A DNA stretch of 31,722 bases from a virus. Both the position numbers and the translations under genes were made by a program. How positions within the stretch are numbered: position 1 is the stretch's first letter; every line of letters starts with the position of its first letter. Location: the UHGV virus genome UHGV-0204983; one strand, 5' to 3'. Below are positions 1 to 7,764 of the stretch, one piece after another. The notes beneath the pieces are model-generated. The model ran no database searches. It was given only the letters and a program-made list of their open reading frames with translations, and was not told where the DNA came from.

Positions 1-381
1 ATGTTTGGCGACAAATTAAAAAGGCTTAGAGAGGCAAATAATCTAAGTCAACAACAATTGGCTGAAAAGTTAGGTATGTCTCCTAGCGGCATAGGGATGT
101 GGGAGCAAAACAGAAGACAACCAGATAATGAGACATTAAAAAAGATTGCTCAATTATTTGACGTAACTACCGACTATTTATTAGGTAACGATGTTAATCC
201 TTCAGATAAAAACAAATGTTTGTTAGAAACCATCTCTGCAGATTTATCAGATCCAATTAACCGAGTTCTTTATAAAAAAACTTCGGAATTAAAAAACGAA
301 AAGGATAAACAAATAGTACTTAGTGTAATTCAAGGACTTATCCATGGTGTCGATGAAGAGTACGATAAGCACGAGCAGTAA
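1..381 (+). CDS. CI/ImmR-like XRE-family phage repressor
   Basis: N-terminal HTH_3 (LKRLREANNLSQQQLAEKLGMSPSGIGMWEQNRRQPD...TDYLLG). Divergent from the cro-like gene across the circular join and followed by ImmA. Confidence 0.92.
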   Translation: MFGDKLKRLREANNLSQQQLAEKLGMSPSGIGMWEQNRRQPDNETLKKIAQLFDVTTDYLLGNDVNPSDKNKCLLETISADLSDPINRVLYKKTSELKNEKDKQIVLSVIQGLIHGVDEEYDKHEQ

Positions 382-396
382 TAGTGCTAAAAGGGG

Positions 397-714
397 TTGA
401 GATATGTGCTTATTTCTTTGTTAAATGGCGAAATTACGCAAGATGAATATATTAGAGCTAATAATATTAATCTATTCTACAAAGTGCTCCCTAACTATAT
501 ACAAGGATTTGTGATAAGGTATAGAGGCGTAAATATGATTGTAGTTAATAAATGGCTTTCTAAAGATAAGAAAAATTTGACAATTTTACACGAGCTTGCA
601 CACTTAGAGTTGAAACATTTAGATAAATTTGTTTTTGAATATAAAAGAAAAGGAATTGAAGACGAAGCAGATAAATATGTTGAACGCTTATTAAACACGA
701 TTAGAAGCCGCTAG
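397..714 (+). CDS. ImmA/IrrE-family metallopeptidase (anti-repressor protease)
   Basis: HELAH zinc motif plus downstream E-x-E-A-D. TTG start after AAGGGG. Directly follows the repressor. Confidence 0.88.
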   Translation: MRYVLISLLNGEITQDEYIRANNINLFYKVLPNYIQGFVIRYRGVNMIVVNKWLSKDKKNLTILHELAHLELKHLDKFVFEYKRKGIEDEADKYVERLLNTIRSR

Positions 715-747
715 TACAGGGTTTTTAAATAGAAATGAGGTGTACTT

Positions 748-1008
748 ATGAATAATTGTCCGCAGTGTGGCAGTACAAACGTAAACGTACAATTAGTTAA
801 TAAAGTCATTTTAAAAAATAAACATCACGGTATTGCTTGGTGGATATTTATAGGCTGGTGGTTTGTGCCTTGCATGTGGTTAATATTTACTCTTCCAAAA
901 ATATTGATTAAATTATTTGGACTCGGACAGCGAAAATATAAGACGGTAAATAAAGAGCAAACTAAAGCCGTTTGTCAAAATTGTGGATATTCATGGGAGA
1001 TTAAATGA
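748..1008 (+). CDS. Membrane protein with split Zn-ribbon (CxxC-hydrophobic segment-CxxC)
   Basis: CPQC...IAWWIFIGWWFVPCMWLIF...CQNC. RBS GAGGTG. Confidence 0.75.
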   Translation: MNNCPQCGSTNVNVQLVNKVILKNKHHGIAWWIFIGWWFVPCMWLIFTLPKILIKLFGLGQRKYKTVNKEQTKAVCQNCGYSWEIK

Positions 1009-1020
1009 TCTCTTTTTTTT
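995..1020 (+). terminator. Weak intrinsic terminator upstream of integrase
   Basis: GAGAT-TAAATG-ATCTC followed by T8. Confidence 0.4.
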
Positions 1021-1033
1021 GGAAAGGTGAATT

Positions 1034-2206
1034 ATGGATAAAAAAAAATACGTTAAAACAAACTATCCTAACATATACAAGAGCAAGCATAATGGCACAT
1101 ATGCTATTGATTTGAGTCTTGGCTACGATAACATAACTGGTAAGCGTGTAAGAACTACTAGGACTGGGATAGAGTCTGAGAAAGCCGCCAAAGAATTGTT
1201 AAAAAAATTAACTTCTGACGAAAAGATAAAAAACGATATAGTAAATTGTAATTATTTTAATGAAACATTTGAAAAATATTTATATTCTTGCGAATTTGAA
1301 AAAAAACTTGCTTATAATACAATAAAAAAAAGAATTGGATTTTACAATTCTTACTTTAAAGATTTTTTTCAAAATGTTAAATTAAATAAATTGGTTAAAA
1401 AAAATGGTGTTGAATTCCAACAATATTTATTGCAAAAAAACATATCTGATAGAACACGAAGTGATATATATTCATTATTGATTATGTTTATTAACTGGTG
1501 TGTAAATAACGATTATCTTGTTAAAAATCCATTTAAAGGTATTGAGAATTTCAGTTACGAAGATAAAAAAATGGATTTCTACACAATAGAAGAATTTCAA
1601 CAACTAATTGATTATATGAATAATAAATATAGGAAAAATAAAAATCATATAACTTTAGTTGCTTCATTATTCTGTTATTTATTATTCTTTTTAGGAACGC
1701 GCGCAGGTGAAACTCAAGCGTTAAAAGATGAAGATATTGATTATAAAGAATACACTATTGAAATAAATAAAAGTATTTACTTTAAAAAAGGAACTGGTAA
1801 TGTTGAAGGTAAAACAAAAACATTATCTTCAAAGCGAAAATTATATACAAGTAAAAAACTAATTGACAAAATAATTGATTATAAGAATATTTTAAAAAAA
1901 GATTATGGTCTTTCTCTATCAAAAGACAATTATATTTTTACTAATCCCCTAACCTCTGAACTATACAATATTGAAGCGGTAAGACACGAAATAAATAAAT
2001 GTATGGACGAGGCCGGAGTTAAACACATAAGACTTCACGATTTCAGACATTCTCATACTGCTCTACTTATGAGCCAAGGCGAAGAGCTTTATTATATACA
2101 AAAAGACCTAGGACATTCTAGGTATGATATAACAGCAGACATTTACGGTCATATAGAAGAAAAAAAGAAAAAATCAGTTGCTAGTAAATTAGAAGAATTT
2201 ATATAA
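1034..2206 (+). CDS. int: Tyrosine integrase
   Basis: N-terminal arm-binding domain. Catalytic motifs GTRAGE (R), K, HDFRH, LGH and IYGH (Y). Confidence 0.96.
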   Translation: MDKKKYVKTNYPNIYKSKHNGTYAIDLSLGYDNITGKRVRTTRTGIESEKAAKELLKKLTSDEKIKNDIVNCNYFNETFEKYLYSCEFEKKLAYNTIKKRIGFYNSYFKDFFQNVKLNKLVKKNGVEFQQYLLQKNISDRTRSDIYSLLIMFINWCVNNDYLVKNPFKGIENFSYEDKKMDFYTIEEFQQLIDYMNNKYRKNKNHITLVASLFCYLLFFLGTRAGETQALKDEDIDYKEYTIEINKSIYFKKGTGNVEGKTKTLSSKRKLYTSKKLIDKIIDYKNILKKDYGLSLSKDNYIFTNPLTSELYNIEAVRHEINKCMDEAGVKHIRLHDFRHSHTALLMSQGEELYYIQKDLGHSRYDITADIYGHIEEKKKKSVASKLEEFI

Positions 2207-2209
2207 AAT

Positions 2210-2407
2210 AAACTCCCAAAATACTCCCAACTATGTGGAAAGTGTGAAAAAATATGGAAAATATAGCAAAATATAACACTAAAAACAACGAAAAATACAT
2301 AAAAAACAAATAACATATAACCTCACCCGCTCCATATAAAATTTTAAACCCTTGATTTTTCAAGGGTTTTTACATACATTATTTTAAAAAAACTCCCAAA
2401 ATACTCC
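2210..2407 (+). other. attP: core TCACCCGCTCCA (2323-2334) with arm-type repeats
   Basis: The core equals the 3' end of Firmicutes tRNA-Gly(TCC) (...TCACCCGCTCCA). AAACTCCCAAAATACTCC is repeated at 2210-2227 and 2390-2407 on either side. Lies immediately downstream of int. Confidence 0.82.
2346..2371 (+). terminator. Intrinsic terminator after attP core (replacement tRNA terminator)
   Basis: AAACCCTTGA-TTTT-TCAAGGGTTT followed by TT. Confidence 0.75.
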
Positions 2408-2430
2408 ATAAATATTTTTTAATTTTTTTC

Positions 2431-2474
2431 AAAAAAAGTCCCTAGCCCCAACGGGTACTAGAGCTCAGTCACAC
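2431..2474 (-). ncRNA. Putative small RNA 1 (~45 nt)
   Basis: Downstream of a near-consensus - strand promoter. Ends in hairpin CUCUAG-UACCC-GUU-GGGG-CUAGGG plus U7. No ORF. Confidence 0.5.
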
Positions 2475-2478
2475 TTTA

Positions 2479-2507
2479 ATTGTATCGTATCCTTTGTAGT
2501 TTGTCAA
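2479..2507 (-). promoter_or_regulatory. sigmaA promoter (sRNA 1)
   Basis: TTGACA (2507-2502), 17-bp spacer, TACAAT (2484-2479). Confidence 0.7.
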
Positions 2508-2574
2508 CAAACTCTTTATCCTATTTACTATATATTTCAAATTCAACATTTTTTTATTTTTTCCAAAAAAACGC

Positions 2575-2603
2575 TTGACATCTAGTACTAGATGTTGTAT
2601 AAT
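2575..2603 (+). promoter_or_regulatory. Consensus sigmaA promoter with overlapping 18-bp palindromic operator
   Basis: TTGACA (2575-2580), 17 bp, TATAAT (2598-2603). Perfect palindrome ACATCTAGTACTAGATGT at 2578-2595. Confidence 0.88.
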
Positions 2604-2622
2604 TAGTACAGAGGTGAGGAAA

Positions 2623-2766
2623 GTGAGAGCATATGGTTATAAAAAAAGCACTGAATTTACGAGAAAGCAGATAGGCGTAATTTTTGCAATAGATCTTTAT
2701 ACTACATCTAACTTCGATTGTCTTTCTTATAAGTTGCAAAAAAAAGCCAATAGGAACTTTGTTTAG
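2623..2766 (+). CDS. Small hypothetical protein (47 aa, MRAYGYKKSTEFTRKQIGVIFA...)
   Basis: GTG start after GAGGTGAGG, directly downstream of the promoter. The ORF-track start at 2575 lies within the -35 box and is unlikely. Confidence 0.55.
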   Translation: MRAYGYKKSTEFTRKQIGVIFAIDLYTTSNFDCLSYKLQKKANRNFV

Positions 2767-2776
2767 GAGGGATTTT

Positions 2777-3334
2777 ATGGAATTTAATGAAACAAAATAT
2801 AAACGCGAGTATAATAAAGAGCATTACAAGCAATTTAAAGCAAGTTTGCCAAAAGACTTTAAAGACGAACTTGATGATTTGTTAGAAAAAGCTGCTATAT
2901 CAAAGCCAAAGTTCATTTTTATGGCAAAAGAAAAATTAGAAGGAGATTTGTTTATGAAAGCAAAAATTGTAAAAATTGAAAAAATGATTGGAGAAATAAT
3001 AGATAATGCTATAGATAATTACGTTGCAAAGTGGGACACAACTAACAGCTCTGGTAACATGAGCCGCTCTGATTGGGAAGATGGCTGTAAAGGCACTATA
3101 AGGGGCTTCGATGGCAAGATAATCAATTATATCTATTATAGAGACTTTAAAGATTTATATTATAACTTTAAATATGATTTAGAAAGTGCTAATGATGAAG
3201 TTTTAGACAGAATTATTGAATATCTTGATGAAGAAAAAAGATATACTGATTATGAAGATTTAGACCAACATAATTATGATATTTCTGATTTTGTTGATTT
3301 AGTAAAAAACGAAAAAGAATTAGAAAATTTATAA
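2777..3334 (+). CDS. Ribbon-helix-helix-like N-terminus fused to an acidic domain of unknown function
   Basis: RBS AGGAGG before ATG 2777. YKREYNKEHYKQFKASLPKDFKDELDDLLEKAAISKPKFI resembles RHH/antitoxin-type DNA binders. Internal in-frame AGGAG + ATG at 2954. Confidence 0.7.
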   Translation: MEFNETKYKREYNKEHYKQFKASLPKDFKDELDDLLEKAAISKPKFIFMAKEKLEGDLFMKAKIVKIEKMIGEIIDNAIDNYVAKWDTTNSSGNMSRSDWEDGCKGTIRGFDGKIINYIYYRDFKDLYYNFKYDLESANDEVLDRIIEYLDEEKRYTDYEDLDQHNYDISDFVDLVKNEKELENL

Positions 3335-3343
3335 AATTTAAAC

Positions 3344-3428
3344 AAAAAAAGGTGCACAACGCACCAAGAACACTCTAGGCTTTTCTCAACTCGCAAAAAA
3401 TTGCACAATACTTCACCCTGAATGTCAC
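3344..3428 (-). ncRNA. Putative small RNA 2 (~85 nt)
   Basis: Downstream of a consensus - strand promoter. Ends in GGUGC-GUUGU-GCACC plus U7 (3365-3344). Confidence 0.5.
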
Positions 3429-3432
3429 TTTA

Positions 3433-3461
3433 ATTATAAATAATTAAGAAGAGTTTGTCAA
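3433..3461 (-). promoter_or_regulatory. Consensus sigmaA promoter (sRNA 2)
   Basis: TTGACA (3461-3456), 17 bp, TATAAT (3438-3433). Confidence 0.75.
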
Positions 3462-3475
3462 TAATTTTTGAATAT

Positions 3476-3517
3476 AAAAAAACAGTTAGCAAGGTCTTAT
3501 CCTCACTAACTGTTTTT
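3476..3517 (-). terminator. Terminator of the late/lysis operon (likely bidirectional)
   Basis: AAAAACAGTTAG...CTAACTGTTTTT inverted repeat right after the lysin stop codon. Confidence 0.75.
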
Positions 3518-4454
3518 ATTTCATTCTAATACCATCAATAACTTTTCCATAAATACCAGCATAGCTATTAGCTCCGCCAGTATCTGCATTACGACTATCT
3601 ACTTCTGGAAGCCAAGAACCAACTTTAAGGTGTGCTTGATATGTTACATATCCTTTTGTTGATTTTATTCTTACACCATCAATATTTTTACCATAAATTC
3701 CTGCGTATGAATTTCCATCCGTTTTATTATTCTTTTTATAATTGTTTGAAGTGATATAATCAAGCCAACCTCCGCCAACTGTATGGACTTGAATTTTAAT
3801 TTCTCCATATTTGCATTTAGCTCTTATACCGCCCATAGCATTACCAAAATTACCAGCATAGTCATTGTAATTAACAACTTCTGGTAACCATTGCTTTTTC
3901 ATATTATCATAAGATTGATATGTAATATCACCAGTTACATTGTTATTAGATGTATTTGTTGCCGATACCGTAGCTTCACCTAATTCACTTCTAATCATAT
4001 TTAAAAAACGCTCCCACCCCATATCAAGTGTACGGTGTGGACAATATTTTTTAGAATAATCTTGGTGTTTAGTTACTTTATCAATACCCCAGTTACGCTC
4101 TTTAAGAAGTTGAGCTATTAATTTAGCTGCATTTTGTTCGGCTTTAATAAATCTATCGCCACCACTTTTTGAGTAACAAATTTCAATAGCTATTCCTTCA
4201 CGATTTCCTTTTCCTTTATTTCCATCACCTGCGTGCCAAGCATTTCTATTTAAAGGAATGCCTTGTACGGCTTCTTTATCATCAACAGCTATATGAAATG
4301 ATACCTCATTGTTGTTATTAATCATATAGCTAATCTCATTATTCGCACTCGCGTCATTAGCTGTGTTATGAACTACTATTCTTGTTGCGTTCATAGAATA
4401 AGGACATTTTATATTATATTTGCTAGAATTTACTAACATTTGTCTTACTTGCAT
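3516..4454 (-). CDS. Endolysin: N-acetylmuramoyl-L-alanine amidase (Amidase_2, XlyA/CwlA-like) with C-terminal ChW-like repeats
   Basis: IVVHNTANDASA, SFHIAVDD, NAWHAGDG, IAIEICYSKSGG, HQDYSKKYCPHR. Three C-terminal repeats (W-L-P-E-V...YAGxxG..IDGxR). Start at ATG 4454 after GGAGG. Confidence 0.94.
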   Translation of the reverse strand: MQVRQMLVNSSKYNIKCPYSMNATRIVVHNTANDASANNEISYMINNNNEVSFHIAVDDKEAVQGIPLNRNAWHAGDGNKGKGNREGIAIEICYSKSGGDRFIKAEQNAAKLIAQLLKERNWGIDKVTKHQDYSKKYCPHRTLDMGWERFLNMIRSELGEATVSATNTSNNNVTGDITYQSYDNMKKQWLPEVVNYNDYAGNFGNAMGGIRAKCKYGEIKIQVHTVGGGWLDYITSNNYKKNNKTDGNSYAGIYGKNIDGVRIKSTKGYVTYQAHLKVGSWLPEVDSRNADTGGANSYAGIYGKVIDGIRMK

Positions 4455-4455
4455 A

Positions 4456-4599
4456 TTATTCCTCCTCTTTATCAGTTGCATATGTCAGCCAGAACATAGC
4501 CTCTTCTAGCTTAGTAATAGTTAAACTCTTTTCTCTTGAATTTTTAACTTTTTCACTTTCTTTTAACTCATTGATAAAATCTTGTAATTTGTCTACCAT
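4456..4599 (-). CDS. 47-aa Acb2/Tad1-hairpin-like protein (not in the ORF track)
   Basis: Hand translation: MVDKLQDFINELKESEKVKNSREKSLTITKLEEAMFWLTYATDKEEE*. RBS AAGGGG. Abuts the holin stop and the lysin start. Confidence 0.75.
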   Translation of the reverse strand: MVDKLQDFINELKESEKVKNSREKSLTITKLEEAMFWLTYATDKEEE

Positions 4600-4600
4600 A

Positions 4601-4870
4601 TTATTCGTCCCCCTTATTTAATAGATTTTTAAACATTTCATATAATCCAGTACTAGCTAGTCCACTAAACATACCACATAAAATAACCTCTAAGTTAATA
4701 CTATTTAAATTAGCTAATACATTTAAAATTGTGCCTAAAACAAGCATAATTAAAGGTATAAATTTATTAAAATCATTATTATTCCATATATTTTTAATGA
4801 CATATCCTACACATAAACATATACCTAAAATCACTACATTAATACTATCTGCTAAAAAACTTAAATCCAT
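4601..4870 (-). CDS. Phage holin
   Basis: 89 aa with 2-3 hydrophobic segments, NKFIPLI and GLASTGLYEMFKN motifs, charged C-terminus. Upstream of the lysin. Confidence 0.85.
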   Translation of the reverse strand: MDLSFLADSINVVILGICLCVGYVIKNIWNNNDFNKFIPLIMLVLGTILNVLANLNSINLEVILCGMFSGLASTGLYEMFKNLLNKGDE

Positions 4871-4871
4871 A

Positions 4872-5204
4872 TTATCTACCTTCTTTCATTAATAGCTCCC
4901 ATTTTGAACGGATATAACCGTTGCCATGGTGAACGGTCTCGTACTGCTCAAATTCCTCATAAGCACGCTGAATTTCAGCATCAGTAACCGGCTTACCTAG
5001 TTCAACGTCTGACAAAAATCTAACCAGATAATTCTTACACATGTTTTTATTAGTATCGTTAATAGCACGTTCAAGCTCAGTTAGTTTTGAATTTCTTTCA
5101 AGGTCTTTTTTTCTATTGCCAAAATAAGTATTTAAAATAGTTGTTAAAGTTGAAGGGACTGCTACAGACAATCCACCTATAATTGCTACAATAATATCAT
5201 TCAA
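4872..5204 (-). CDS. Lysis-cassette membrane protein (N-terminal TM, coiled coil, Y...GNGY motif)
   Basis: TTG start after GGAGG. Hydrophobic N-terminus. Typical position upstream of the holin. Confidence 0.7.
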   Translation of the reverse strand: MNDIIVAIIGGLSVAVPSTLTTILNTYFGNRKKDLERNSKLTELERAINDTNKNMCKNYLVRFLSDVELGKPVTDAEIQRAYEEFEQYETVHHGNGYIRSKWELLMKEGR

Positions 5205-5218
5205 GCTTTATCCTCCTA

Positions 5219-5794
5219 TTATTTTCTAAAACCAACTATCGAGTACAATTTGACGTTATTATTGCTTGCCACAAATCCTTGCAAATTGTCTTGAGCTGTT
5301 ATCTTAGACGATAATGCTCGCCCTTCACCATAAGTGATTTGATTTTCCGACCTGATCCTAAATGATCTTATTACCGTTTCCCAAGCATAATATCCCCCAG
5401 TATTACCAGCATTACCAATGCTAATTATTACTTTGTCGTCGACTTTAGGCAAATAAACTTCAACGCTAGACAAATTTTCATTATTCGAAATTCCAAAAAA
5501 GATAACTCTCTGATAATTTGTAATATCGTCGTTCAAGGTTATAATCGTATTGTTTGCGATTTCCGAAAACTCTTTATTAGTACTATATAGTACGGTTGGT
5601 AATAATTCATTAATTGCATTAACAATACTTGATTTATCGGTTGTATTTAGCGTTGATAAATCGCCAACATTGGTGTCATTATCATTAACAACTGACTTGA
5701 TTTCATTTAAATCGCTATCATTCACTTTATTTACGTCAGCAATTTGTGAGTTGGTATTTAATGCAGTTTTATCTGCATAAGTTATTTTTGCCAT
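5219..5794 (-). CDS. Tail fibre/receptor-binding-like protein
   Basis: VGDLSTLNTTDKSSIVNAINEL fibre-stalk motif, beta-rich C-terminus ending VGFRK. Last tail gene. Confidence 0.65.
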   Translation of the reverse strand: MAKITYADKTALNTNSQIADVNKVNDSDLNEIKSVVNDNDTNVGDLSTLNTTDKSSIVNAINELLPTVLYSTNKEFSEIANNTIITLNDDITNYQRVIFFGISNNENLSSVEVYLPKVDDKVIISIGNAGNTGGYYAWETVIRSFRIRSENQITYGEGRALSSKITAQDNLQGFVASNNNVKLYSIVGFRK

Positions 5795-5796
5795 AT

Positions 5797-7755
5797 TTAA
5801 CCTCCTATCCTAACTCGTTGATTGTACGAGTAAAATTTATTTATTTCAACATTTCTCAAATTGTAAGTTAAATAACTTGTCTTTTCGTCTTCGGAAATTA
5901 ATTCAAGACTATTAGCAGTTTTGTTTAAAAAAAATGTCATAAGCAGTTCATAACTCCCGTCATCTTGCAATGTAGCTTGTAAATTCGATACAGTATTTGT
6001 TCCATCTTGATAGTTAATTTTATATTTTGTTAGCTTTAAATTATCATAATCTTCCGGATTATTTATTGAGGTATTTAGTTCAGTTGCTGCCGTTGGGTTA
6101 TATATTGGCTGTGGCCCATTGTTATTTACGATAGATATAGTGTTTACAAAGTTTAAGTATACGGTCTCATAAATGTTTTTTGTAAAACCATTTGTATTGG
6201 AAATTATTACATTGTTATTTTCTGAGCACAAATCCATCTTATCGACCAATACGTCATTCAAGTAATTAGAAGGTACCTCTATTGTCGACATAGTCGTTAC
6301 ACCATTTTGAGTCTTGTTATAAAGATTTCTCGCAAAAACTGGGTTATTATCTGAATACAGTATTGCACTATTTGAATTTAGTGAGTTTTTATCTGTAAAT
6401 GGTTCGCCATTGTAGTTAGTTTCGTTATATATTTCTTTGATATTAGGTATATACCAGTATTGTGGTTGAGGGTTTATCATATACGACACATAATTTAATA
6501 AATTGAACTCATTAGTTACAAATAAAGCACGTCTATTATAATAAAAATATTGTTGACTGCTTATTAATTTTGGCTTCCATTCATCATTAACAAGCCTTTG
6601 TAAATAATAATCAGCAAATACATCATTATTTGTTTGTGTTATATTATTATTAAATTGAACATAAACATCGTTGTTATTTTTGACTATATAGATGGCCTCT
6701 AAATTACAAAAATTATAATCGCCCAAATACTTTTCATAAATTATTTGAGTTTGATTTGTCGATTCATTATAGTAATACAAACCAATGTATTTAGGCATAG
6801 TCTGTCCGTTAGAAAGTCTCCATTGTTGATTATTTAATACAAAATAAAGCTCATTTCTATTTAAAAATATTGACTGATTTTTATAATTTGAAGTATCATG
6901 TACTGCATAATAATTAACAGTAGTTATTGTTTTTAGATTAAATGAAGCTTGTGTGAAATCTTTAGTCCATAAGCTAACATTTTTATTTGTTATTATATTT
7001 TGTGACAATAAAATTCTACAAAAGAAATTGTCATCTTGAAATTCAACGTAACTAGCACCATAAAGCCAATAATTATTATCACTATCCCATTTGTTCCAAT
7101 CATTTTCATTTCCTACATTGACCTTTAAGTTAATTACTCTAATACTATCAAAATCTGGATCGTTTTGATCTTTTAAAGAAACACCAGTAAATACATAATT
7201 AGATGAATTAACGTCTTTATACATATCTTTGCAGTAAAAATTAAAATAATCTGTTGGAAAAATATAACTTTTTTGAAGTGTTAAAACATAATCATTATTT
7301 ATTTGCTGAGTAAAGTTATTAAACATTAAAAATCTTTTTTGACTTGTTGTAAAAGACCATTCTTCATCTCTAGGGAAGTCTGGGCAATCAATAGCATAAA
7401 ATGTATTATCTTCTGCTTGTGCCATACACTGAATATATCTTAAATAAGTACCGCTATCATACTGATAAATTGATTTAAGTGGCTTAAAATCTTTATTTAA
7501 TATCGTTATAATACCACGTACTTCATCATCTGTGGTTTTATATCCTCCGTATAACACCAGCAATTCACTATTCTGTACTTGTATAAGTCCTTCATATCTA
7601 AAATTGTTCCAATGTTCTGGCAAAATATCATTATTTTCCCAGTCATCTCTAGGAATGTTATTTATACTTTGAAATATTTCTTCTTCAACACCACTCTCAC
7701 TCGGCATTTTACCTAACATGTAATCTAATAAATTTTTCTTTGCTTCTTCTGTCAT
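5797..7755 (-). CDS. Large tail/baseplate-associated protein (652 aa)
   Basis: Long N/Y-rich, beta-type ORF in the tail module with RBS GGAGG. Function inferred from position. Confidence 0.6.
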   Translation of the reverse strand: MTEEAKKNLLDYMLGKMPSESGVEEEIFQSINNIPRDDWENNDILPEHWNNFRYEGLIQVQNSELLVLYGGYKTTDDEVRGIITILNKDFKPLKSIYQYDSGTYLRYIQCMAQAEDNTFYAIDCPDFPRDEEWSFTTSQKRFLMFNNFTQQINNDYVLTLQKSYIFPTDYFNFYCKDMYKDVNSSNYVFTGVSLKDQNDPDFDSIRVINLKVNVGNENDWNKWDSDNNYWLYGASYVEFQDDNFFCRILLSQNIITNKNVSLWTKDFTQASFNLKTITTVNYYAVHDTSNYKNQSIFLNRNELYFVLNNQQWRLSNGQTMPKYIGLYYYNESTNQTQIIYEKYLGDYNFCNLEAIYIVKNNNDVYVQFNNNITQTNNDVFADYYLQRLVNDEWKPKLISSQQYFYYNRRALFVTNEFNLLNYVSYMINPQPQYWYIPNIKEIYNETNYNGEPFTDKNSLNSNSAILYSDNNPVFARNLYNKTQNGVTTMSTIEVPSNYLNDVLVDKMDLCSENNNVIISNTNGFTKNIYETVYLNFVNTISIVNNNGPQPIYNPTAATELNTSINNPEDYDNLKLTKYKINYQDGTNTVSNLQATLQDDGSYELLMTFFLNKTANSLELISEDEKTSYLTYNLRNVEINKFYSYNQRVRIGG

Positions 7756-7764
7756 AAAAACCTC

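Noticed and set aside
2323..2334. tRNA-Gly gene
   Set aside because: Only the last 12 nt match. There is no T-arm, anticodon arm or D-arm, so this is the att core.
495..2739. - strand ORFs 495-698 and 2554-2739
   Set aside because: They are antisense to immA and to the moron promoter/ORF, with no supporting signals.
3344..3370. Cas13d-repeat-like TGGTGCG..TGCAC segment in sRNA 2
   Set aside because: The similarity is limited to a short stem that is fully explained as the terminator, and the repeat's 3' end is absent.
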